NCBI GenBank assembly: GCA_023819145.1
Contig: JAMWCW010000001.1
Coordinates: forward strand, 2,400-66,399
Origin: Candidatus Omnitrophota bacterium
GTDB taxonomy: Bacteria > Omnitrophota > Gorgyraeia > DTHP01
DNA: 64,000 nucleotides
Direction of reading: 5' to 3'
Position 1 is the first letter of the stretch. Every line of letters begins with the position of its first letter. A program made the position numbers and the translations under genes. Shown in pieces: positions 8,180 through 15,920 of the stretch. The notes under the pieces are model-generated. The model searched no databases. It had not been told where the DNA came from and saw only the letters and a list, made by a program, of their open reading frames with translations.

Positions 8180-10633
8180 ATGTCAAAAATTGAGGGAGGA
8201 AACAAAATGAATGAGGTATTGGTAAAAGGAAAGAGGAAGGCTAAGTCAATGAAGGAAGAGGAGATGAGTTTAAAGACAGATTACGGATATTTTACAAATG
8301 ATGGTAAAGAATATGTAATTATTAACCCCCAGACTCCTATGCCTTGGATTAATGTGATTTCCAATGGAGATTACGGTTTTGTTCTTTCCCAGACGGGCTC
8401 AGGTTTCTCTTGGTACAAAAATGCAAATTTAAGCAGAATCAACCGCTGGGACCAGGACTTAATTACCGATACCTGGGGTAAATATATTTATATTCGTGAT
8501 GAAAAAACAAAAAAGTTTTGGTCGGTGTCTTGGAAACCTACATGTCCCTCCTTTAAAAATTATAGAGTAACCCATGGGATTGGCTATACGAAGATTTATT
8601 CTTTATACGAAAACATTGAACAAGAACTTCTGCTTTTTGTTCCGCTCGAAGAACCTTTGGAGATTTGGTGTCTTAAATTGAAAAATCTTTCCCGCCAGGC
8701 ACGCAAGTTGAATATTTTTTCTTATTTAGAGCTTCTTCTGGGAAATGCTATGGACCCCCACCGTGAATTTCAGAAGACATTTATTGAAACCGATTTTGAT
8801 AATAAAACAAAAATATTCTGGGGAAGAAAAAGAAAGATTCCTGTCCCTGACCATATCTCTACTGGACTTTCCGAATACCCCATTTCTTGCTTCCACAGTG
8901 TGAATATTGAACCCATTGCCTATGAAGGAGAAAAGCGTAATTTTATTGGGATGTATAGAAATCCTGCTTATCCGCTTGCCTTAGAAAGAAAGAAACTTAC
9001 CAATACAACGGGGAGATGGTTTGATTCCGTCGCCAGTTTACAGGTAGAGCTTAAACTTGCTTCTCAGGAAGAAAAGACTGTTGTCTTTATTTTAGGCTCT
9101 TGCGAAGATGAGAATTATGTTAAAGAATTGGTCAAAAAATACAGGAATGTAGAAAAAGTAGAAATGGCTTTTCAGAAAACAAAAGATTTTTGGGAGGGTT
9201 TACTTTCGGGAATAAAGGTAGAAACTCCTGACCCTGCCTTTAACTTTATGACCAATTACTGGTTAAAGTATCAGGCAATTTCCGGAAGGCTTTGGGCAAG
9301 AACCGCCTATTACCAGTCTTCAGGTGGCTTTGGTTTTCGTGACCAGTTACAGGATTCCTTAGCTTGTCTTCCTTTAGCACCCGAGCTTACCAAGAAACAG
9401 ATTATGCTCCATGCCGAGCATCAGTTTACGGATGGCACAGTTTATCATTGGTGGCATAACCTTTTGGAACGCGGTGCCCATACCAATATGTCCGATAATC
9501 TCTTATGGTTAGTCTATATTACTCTTCATTACCTGAATGAGACAGCGGATTTCTCTATCTTAGATGAAAAGGTGAAATACGTTGATGGAGAATCTGAGCC
9601 AATATATAATCATTGTATTAAAGCAGTGGATAAAGTTCTTTCTCGTTTTTCTCCACGCGGACTTCCTTTGATTGGAGCGGGAGATTGGAACGATGGACTT
9701 TCCAGTGTGGGTTTAGAGTGGAAAGGCGAAAGCATCTGGTTAGGACATTTTCTCTATGGGATATTGCAGCAATTCGCTCCCATTTGCGAAAAAAGAAACG
9801 ATTTTGAAAGAGCGGGTAATTATCGGAAACGCGCTGAGGAATTAAGGGAAAATATCAACAAATACGCTTGGGATGGTGCTTGGTATATAAGAGCAACCAA
9901 AGACAATGGAGAAGTTTTAGGTTCTTCATCCTCGAAAGAAGGAAAGATTTTCCTCAATGCTCAAACCTGGGCAGTGATTCATGGAACCGCTACGCCGGAA
10001 AGGGCCAAAGAATGTATGGACTCGGTAGAGAAACATCTTTTGCGTGAATACGGACCTTTACTGTTTTATCCAGGATACACTCAACCCGATAAAGAAATCG
10101 GTTATCTTTCTCGTTATGGTGAGGGCTTAAGGGAAAATGGGGGAGTCTATACCCATGCAGCCACCTGGACGATTATTGCGGAAGTGATTTTGAAGCGACC
10201 AGAGAAAGCTTATGAGGTTTATTCCAAGATTTGCCCCGCAAAAAGAGGGTTAAAACCAGAGATTTATATGGCAGAACCTTATGTTACACCGGGTAATATT
10301 GATGGCCCGCAATCTGCCTATTTTGGAAGAGGGGGCTGGACTTGGTATAGCGGTTCGGGTGCTTGGTTATTCAAGGTGTCCTGTGAGTGGATTTTAGGTA
10401 TCCGCCCCACATTAGAAGGTTTATTAATTGACCCCTGCATTCCCAAAGATTGGGCAGGTTTTAAGGTAGTCAAGAGATTCCGTGGGGCAACTTACGAGAT
10501 AGAGATAGAAAATCCCCAAAAGGTAAGTTTCGGAGTAAAAGAAATACTTCTTGATGAACGAAGGTTGGAACACTCCCTTATTCCTGCGCTTTCTGATGGC
10601 AAAACCCATCAGGTGAGAGTGGTTTTAGGATAG
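8180..10633 (+). CDS. GH94-family glycoside phosphorylase (cellobiose / beta-glucan phosphorylase-like)
   Basis: RBS AGGAGG. No signal peptide. N-terminus 'KEYVIINPQTPMPWINVISNGDYGFVLSQTGSGFSWYKNANLSRINRW' closely resembles the conserved N-terminus of cellobiose phosphorylases ('EYVIT.P.TP.PWINY...GGGYSFY.DA.L.RITR', recalled from memory). ~817 aa is the typical GH94 size. 'GDWNDGL' region is consistent with the (alpha/alpha)6 catalytic domain. Confidence 0.65.
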   Translation: MSKIEGGNKMNEVLVKGKRKAKSMKEEEMSLKTDYGYFTNDGKEYVIINPQTPMPWINVISNGDYGFVLSQTGSGFSWYKNANLSRINRWDQDLITDTWGKYIYIRDEKTKKFWSVSWKPTCPSFKNYRVTHGIGYTKIYSLYENIEQELLLFVPLEEPLEIWCLKLKNLSRQARKLNIFSYLELLLGNAMDPHREFQKTFIETDFDNKTKIFWGRKRKIPVPDHISTGLSEYPISCFHSVNIEPIAYEGEKRNFIGMYRNPAYPLALERKKLTNTTGRWFDSVASLQVELKLASQEEKTVVFILGSCEDENYVKELVKKYRNVEKVEMAFQKTKDFWEGLLSGIKVETPDPAFNFMTNYWLKYQAISGRLWARTAYYQSSGGFGFRDQLQDSLACLPLAPELTKKQIMLHAEHQFTDGTVYHWWHNLLERGAHTNMSDNLLWLVYITLHYLNETADFSILDEKVKYVDGESEPIYNHCIKAVDKVLSRFSPRGLPLIGAGDWNDGLSSVGLEWKGESIWLGHFLYGILQQFAPICEKRNDFERAGNYRKRAEELRENINKYAWDGAWYIRATKDNGEVLGSSSSKEGKIFLNAQTWAVIHGTATPERAKECMDSVEKHLLREYGPLLFYPGYTQPDKEIGYLSRYGEGLRENGGVYTHAATWTIIAEVILKRPEKAYEVYSKICPAKRGLKPEIYMAEPYVTPGNIDGPQSAYFGRGGWTWYSGSGAWLFKVSCEWILGIRPTLEGLLIDPCIPKDWAGFKVVKRFRGATYEIEIENPQKVSFGVKEILLDERRLEHSLIPALSDGKTHQVRVVLG

Positions 10634-10646
10634 ATATTTTTATCCC

Positions 10647-10675
10647 TTGACAAAATTCAAAAAGCGTGTTATACC
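10647..10675 (+). promoter_or_regulatory. extended -10 promoter (TTGACA, 17 nt, TGtTATACC)
   Basis: cccTTGACAaaattcaaaaagcgTGtTATACC. The motif is shared with promoters at 31908 and 54988. Confidence 0.45.
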
Positions 10676-10758
10676 TTTTAAAGAAAGTTTCTTACTTTAT
10701 AAAACGAAAAATAATTAACTTAAACAAAATCAGAGATTAGAAAAGGAGGTGAAAAACA

Positions 10759-11337
10759 ATGAGTAAAGTTTTAGGAGGTTTGTTTTTAGCAGTGCTGCTG
10801 TTGGTGACCTCTTCTGCTTCTGCCCAAGAGAAGCTGGTGATTGCCGATTTTGACAGCGGAGTAAAACCCAACAACATCGGTGGCGACTTTGGGGCTTGGG
10901 ATAAAGACCCTGCGGATTTTACCCAGATGTGTGTGGAGAGTTTTAATGTTACGGAAAGATATGGCGAATCTGGTTTTTGCATGGCCATTGATTATGATGT
11001 TGACTCTCCTAATCCTGCCTACAATGGTTTCTGGATGAAATTAAACGGCGCAGATTTTTCCAAGTATAAGAAACTATTGCTTAAGGTAAAAGGAGATGTC
11101 ACCAAAGGTTACACCAAAGTAGTTAAAATAGAATTGAAGAATAATAAAGGAGAAGTAGGGAAATACTATATTACGGAAGTAGCCGATAATTGGAAAACTT
11201 TAGAAATACCCTTCTTAAAATTCGCTGGAATTACCGACTTCTCTAATATGACTGAATTTGTTATTGTTTTTGAAGATTGGCGTTCGACTAAAAAAGAGGG
11301 AAGAATCTATATTGATGATTTGATGGTAAGCGAATAA
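10759..11337 (+). CDS. small secreted protein consisting of one beta-sandwich CBM/CIA30-like module
   Basis: RBS AAAGGAGGTGA. Signal peptide 'LFLAVLLLVTSSASA'. Motifs 'DFDSGVKPNNIGGDFGAWDKDP', 'NPAYNGFWMKLNG', 'KGEVGKYYITEV', 'EFVIVFED...KEGRIYIDDL' are shared with the 13424 paralog and with module copies in other proteins of the locus. Confidence 0.5.
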   Translation: MSKVLGGLFLAVLLLVTSSASAQEKLVIADFDSGVKPNNIGGDFGAWDKDPADFTQMCVESFNVTERYGESGFCMAIDYDVDSPNPAYNGFWMKLNGADFSKYKKLLLKVKGDVTKGYTKVVKIELKNNKGEVGKYYITEVADNWKTLEIPFLKFAGITDFSNMTEFVIVFEDWRSTKKEGRIYIDDLMVSE

Positions 11338-11355
11338 TCCTAAAAGTTAGGGAAA

Positions 11356-11387
11356 TTGGGCGCAGCAAATTTGCTGTGCCCAATTTT
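11356..11387 (+). terminator. intrinsic terminator-like hairpin + T-run
   Basis: ttgggcgcagcaaa/tttgctgtgcccaa near-palindrome (one G.U) followed by tttt. Confidence 0.45.
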
Positions 11388-11395
11388 AACCGCCA

Positions 11396-13324
11396 ATGAA
11401 AAAAGTTTTTATATTTTTTATAATTTTTTTATTATCAGTAGATTATGCTTTCCCCCAGGCAAAGAAATTGTCCCTTGTCCCCGAGAAACTTTTTACCACT
11501 AAATATATCGATGATTTTAATGATGGAGCTCTACCTAATCTTTTGGGAGGGGGGATGAAGGTTGAAGTAGAATCTCCTTCTGAACTTTCTTTTTCCCACG
11601 ATAGAGCACAAGCCTTGGAGAGTAAAGGATACAGTCTTAAATTAAAGTATCGTCTTTATCCTCAGAAAAAAGCAAACCTGATTATTGATTTAAATGAGAT
11701 TGATATCAGCCAGGCATATGGAATTTCTTTTTGGATAAAGTATTTAAAAAGGCCAAAACTGGAAATTTTCTTGGAGGATGGCAAGGGTAATCGGACAGGC
11801 GCGGCTTTAGAGAAATATCTTATTCCCCAAGAGAACTGGCAGAAGATTTCGCTAATGCGGGGAGATTTTCCTGATATTGATTTCAACTGTTTGAAAAACC
11901 TTACACTTACCATCTACGCTTCTGAGGTGGAGACGGGAGAATTTTTTCTGGATGAATTTTTATTTTTTGGTCCTTCCTATCTATTTTTTGAATCTATAAA
12001 GGATAATCTCTATGGCTTTCCTGTAAAAAAGAATTTAGACTCTAAATATTTACTAAATAAACCCGATGAATTTTTATTAAAAACCATTGCCCACGATACC
12101 TGGCTTTATTTTAAAAACTCGGTAGATAGAAAGACGCATTTACCAGTTGACTGGATTGATTTGGATGAAACTAAGGAATACCGCATTGGAGACTATACTT
12201 CGCCGACAAATATTGGGCTATATTTTCTTTGTTTAGTAGGTGCCTATGATTTAGGTTTAATTACTAAAGAAGAAGCAGTAGAGCGTATTGGGAATACCCT
12301 TGAGACTTTAAAAAAACTTTCCCGCTGGAAAGGTCTATATTACAATTGGTATTCCACGACGAACTTGCAGATTACCCGCAGATATATTTCGTCAGTAGAT
12401 AATGGTTGGTTAGCTGCCGGACTTATTGTTGTCAGACAGACATTCCCCGAACTATATATTCCCTGCAGTGCGCTTTTAAAAGAGATGGATTTCTCTATCC
12501 TTTATGACCCAGTAGAGGGAAAGTTATACTTAGGCTACGAGTTAAACCGTGAACCACCCGTGCCCACTCCCTATCATTATGGTCAAATTGCTACGGAGCC
12601 ACGGGTTACCTCTTTGGTGGCTATTGGGAAAGGTGATGTCCCTCCTGACCACTGGTTTAGAATCTTTCGGACTTTACCTATTTCTTGGAATTGGCAGAGG
12701 CAGAAACCACAAGGAAGATATCGGGAGTATTTAGAAATAGATGTTTTTGAGGGCTATTATGAATATAAAGGGTTTAAAATTGTTCCTTCTTGGGGTGGAA
12801 GCTTGTTTGAATTCCTGATGCCTTTGTTGGTTCTGAAAGAGAAAGAGCTTGCTCCTAGAGGTCTGGGATTAAATAATTTAAACGCCATAAAAGCACACAT
12901 CGATTATGCCTTAAATGAGCAAAAGTATCCTGTCTGGGGACTTTCTCCTTGCGCTACTCCCGAGGGAAGATATGGAGGGTATCATGAATACGGAGTAAAA
13001 GATTTGGGAGCTAAAGGATATTCCGATGAGGGTGTAATTACTCCCCATGCATCAATATTAGCCATTGATTATCTTCCTGAGGAGGTGGTGAAGAATATTC
13101 GCCAGTTGCTTAAAAATTTTGATTTATACGGTGAGTATGGAATGTATGATTCTGTGGATATTCATACCCAGAAAGTTGCTTCACGTTATCTTTGTCTTGA
13201 CCAGGGAATGATTTTTGTTTCTTTGGCAAATTACCTGACAAAAGGGAAAATTCGTGAGCGCTTTCACCAAGACCCGATAATTAACAGCGTGGAGTATTTG
13301 TTAGAAATAGAAGAATTTTTCTAA
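11396..13324 (+). CDS. secreted protein: N-terminal CBM-like module + (alpha/alpha)6 glycoside-hydrolase-like domain (glucoamylase/GH144-like, tentative)
   Basis: Signal peptide. N-terminal module ('...NWQKISLMRGDF...TGEFFLDEFLFFG') resembles the CBM-like modules elsewhere in the locus. The remainder ('GDYTSPTNIGLYFLCLVGAYDLG', 'WKGLYYNWYSTTN', 'SSVDNGWLAAGLIVV') has the feel of glucoamylase-like (alpha/alpha)6 barrels. Paralogs at 14479-15916 and in the 36259 ORF. Confidence 0.4.
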   Translation: MKKVFIFFIIFLLSVDYAFPQAKKLSLVPEKLFTTKYIDDFNDGALPNLLGGGMKVEVESPSELSFSHDRAQALESKGYSLKLKYRLYPQKKANLIIDLNEIDISQAYGISFWIKYLKRPKLEIFLEDGKGNRTGAALEKYLIPQENWQKISLMRGDFPDIDFNCLKNLTLTIYASEVETGEFFLDEFLFFGPSYLFFESIKDNLYGFPVKKNLDSKYLLNKPDEFLLKTIAHDTWLYFKNSVDRKTHLPVDWIDLDETKEYRIGDYTSPTNIGLYFLCLVGAYDLGLITKEEAVERIGNTLETLKKLSRWKGLYYNWYSTTNLQITRRYISSVDNGWLAAGLIVVRQTFPELYIPCSALLKEMDFSILYDPVEGKLYLGYELNREPPVPTPYHYGQIATEPRVTSLVAIGKGDVPPDHWFRIFRTLPISWNWQRQKPQGRYREYLEIDVFEGYYEYKGFKIVPSWGGSLFEFLMPLLVLKEKELAPRGLGLNNLNAIKAHIDYALNEQKYPVWGLSPCATPEGRYGGYHEYGVKDLGAKGYSDEGVITPHASILAIDYLPEEVVKNIRQLLKNFDLYGEYGMYDSVDIHTQKVASRYLCLDQGMIFVSLANYLTKGKIRERFHQDPIINSVEYLLEIEEFF

Positions 13325-13423
13325 TAAACTCTTAAACGCAAAACCCTAAACTCTAATTTAAGTTATTTTAGAGTTTGAAAATTTCGCGTCTTGGATTTTT
13401 AAATGAAAAGGAGGTGAGTTTTT

Positions 13424-14155
13424 ATGTTTAAAAGGTTTTTTTGGTCTTTGTTGGTTATTTTTCTCCTTCTGGGCATAAGTCTCTCCTTATATAGTTGCGC
13501 TCCCAAGAAGGAAGCAAGTAAACCCGAGGAGAAAAAAGAGGAGGCAAAAGGGGTAATTACTGAATCTGCTAAAGTAGAGGAGCCGGTACAGGAGATTGAG
13601 GTAACCGGTGAACTTGCTAAGCCCAAGCTTAAACTCACCCGCGAAGGTGCCTTAATCGCTGCTGACTTTGACACCTGCAAAAAACCTAATAATCTGGGAG
13701 GAGACTTTGGCGCCTGGAACAAAGACCCTAATGATTTTTCTCAAGGATGTTTTGACAGTTTTGTTTCTACTATTAAACGTGGAGACGATGGTTGTTCGAT
13801 GCAAATAATGTATGATGTGGATTCTGTGAATCCTGCCTACAATGGATTCTGGATGAGATTGGAAGGTGTTGACCTTTCTGCCTACAAGGCAATTTCTTTC
13901 TGGTTAAAGGGCGATGAGATGCGTGGATTTACAAAGGTATTTAAGGTAGAGTTGAAAAACACCAAGGGGCATTTAGGAAAATATTATGTAACCGAAGTGA
14001 CTAAAGACTGGAAAGAGATTGTTATCCCTCTGGATAAATTTGCCGGGTTAGAAGACAGGACTTCCATGCATGAATTTGTGATTGTTTTTGAGGACAGGGT
14101 CGCCACTAAAAAAGAGGGAGCAATCTATATTGACGATATTACATTCTTAAAATAG
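13424..14155 (+). CDS. secreted CBM/CIA30-like module protein (paralog of 10759 ORF) with Lys/Glu-rich N-terminal linker
   Basis: RBS AAAAGGAGGTGA. 'ADFDTCKKPNNLGGDFGAWNKDPNDFSQGC', 'NPAYNGFWMRLEG', 'KGHLGKYYVTEV', 'EFVIVFED...KEGAIYIDDI' align motif-for-motif with the 10759 ORF. Confidence 0.5.
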   Translation: MFKRFFWSLLVIFLLLGISLSLYSCAPKKEASKPEEKKEEAKGVITESAKVEEPVQEIEVTGELAKPKLKLTREGALIAADFDTCKKPNNLGGDFGAWNKDPNDFSQGCFDSFVSTIKRGDDGCSMQIMYDVDSVNPAYNGFWMRLEGVDLSAYKAISFWLKGDEMRGFTKVFKVELKNTKGHLGKYYVTEVTKDWKEIVIPLDKFAGLEDRTSMHEFVIVFEDRVATKKEGAIYIDDITFLK

Positions 14156-14211
14156 GAAAATAAGGCAAGCATTGCTTAAAATTCTGCCTTAAATTAAATT
14201 TCTGGTCCACC

Positions 14212-14240
14212 TTGACGATTCAGATTTTTCATGCTATACT
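14212..14240 (+). promoter_or_regulatory. extended -10 promoter (TTGACG, 17 nt, TGcTATACT)
   Basis: ccaccTTGACGattcagatttttcaTGcTATACT. 'cttgacgatt' also occurs in the promoter-like site at 20388. Confidence 0.4.
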
Positions 14241-14281
14241 TTTTGTAGATAAGGCACAATGCTGCGGGCGGTAAATAGGAA

Positions 14282-14312
14282 GGCGGAGTTAAAATTTTAG
14301 CTCCGCCTTTTT
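14282..14312 (+). terminator. rho-independent terminator (GGCGGAG...CTCCGCC + TTTTT)
   Basis: 7-bp GC-rich stem, 12-nt loop, then a U-run. Lies ~40 nt downstream of the 14212 promoter's predicted start site. Confidence 0.5.
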
Positions 14313-14478
14313 ATGTTTCTCTATTTGTATTTGTGGTTTTATACCGATTTCTTTCCTTCAAGAGATGGTTGTAAATTCGTGGCAGAGGGTTTAATTCTTG
14401 AAGTGCCTCTTGACACTGTCCTATTTATAAGCTACATTTTTAAAGAGAGTTTTTTATTTATAAAAGAGAGGGTTTAAA

Positions 14479-15916
14479 ATGTCATTAAAGCAAAAATTTA
14501 ATTATGTGTTTCTCTTTGTCTCGATATTGTTTTTTACTTTTTTTTCTACAAATTCAATAAGCGCATTTTTTTATTCCCAGAGTCTACCTCTTTTTAATCC
14601 CGATTTAAACACACCCCTTTTACAATCTTCCGAACAGCGGTCACAATTAAACATCCAGACCATTCAGCGCGAGCAGAGCAATTATTTTTTTATATAACAT
14701 TGGTATAGACCCTGATACTAACCTTCCGCATAACTATGTTTTTGTCAAAAGTGATGGTGAATTGGAAATAGGATTCTACAATACCCCCACGGATATTGGG
14801 TACTACCTAGCATGTCTGGTGGGAATAGCAAAGGGAGATATAAGAAATGATACCGTCAGTCAAACAGATGCCATCAACAGACTAATTCATGCCTTGGAGG
14901 TTCTTAAATCCGCTCCCAAAAAAGATGGTTTACTTTATTGGTATGATATTTTTTATCCTGAGATAAAAATCTCTCCTACAAATAGTTATGTCTCAGCAAT
15001 AGATAATGCATTTTATTCTGCAGCATTGGGTTTGATTATAGGGGCTTTTATTGACGACCAAAGCCAGTCGGCGCAGAGACTTGTAAATTTGGCTTTTGAA
15101 CTACTTGCTGAACAGAAAGAAGGTTGGTCTCAACTTTATGACCCAGAGAGAAAACTTTTGCTTGGAGGTTATTCAACAACTGGCGAAGACCCTTTGTACT
15201 ATATAGACCGGGCATACAACGAAGGACGTTTGGCAACGCTGATGGCAATAATTTTGGGAGATGTTCCGCGGGATGCTTGGGAGAATTTAGAAGAATTTTA
15301 TTTAGATTATACCTTATCTCATGGCAAAAAGATGAAAATTCTTGCCCCTTGGGAAAGCGCTTTCCAGGCATGGATGCCGTTGGTCTTTGTGCCCGAGATG
15401 GAATGGTCTCCTCAAGGATTTAAGATTGCCCACCAGAGATATTTAGAAGTACAGATTGACTGGGCTCAACGGGAAAATATGCCTGCTCTTTACGCCGAAT
15501 GTTCCGACCCTTTTACGAAAGATAAATATCAATATATTACAGGTATAGCCATACCTGGTGCCTCCGAGTCTTCTGCGTGGGGTGTGCCCATTCGCTCCGA
15601 TATAGGTTCAGTATATGCAATTGGACTTGCTTATATGGTAGATGAAAAAGTTGGAGAAGATTTTTTTGCCAAATTAATTACGAGGTTTCCTGAAATAAGT
15701 TCTACGCTAGGTTGGTTTGATTCAGTGGGAAGGAAAGGAACAGAACCAGAGGTTTTTTGGGCTACGAGTAGGGCTTATGTGGCCAAGAACCAATTTGTAT
15801 TACTTTCTGCCCTGAATTACCAAAATAACCATCGCTATTTTACACGATTTTTAGAGGTTATAGGAAAATTAGAGTATATAAGAAGTCTTTATAATAACAA
15901 ATCATTTAATTTTTAA
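14479..15916 (+). pseudogene. (alpha/alpha)6 GH-like paralog of 11396 ORF lacking the CBM module; reading frame broken at a T7 homopolymer (ORFs 14479-14697 and ~14651/14762-15916)
   Basis: Signal-peptide ORF 14479-14697 ends '...SNYFFI*' inside 'tattttttta'. The downstream frame reads 'IIFLYNIGIDPDTNLPHNYVFVKSDGELEIGFYNTPTDIGYYLACLVG', homologous to 'WLYFKNSVDRKTHLPVDWIDLDETKEYRIGDYTSPTNIGLYFLCLVG' of the 11396 ORF. Removing one T from the 7-T run fuses the two frames. Confidence 0.5.
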
Positions 15917-15920
15917 TATA

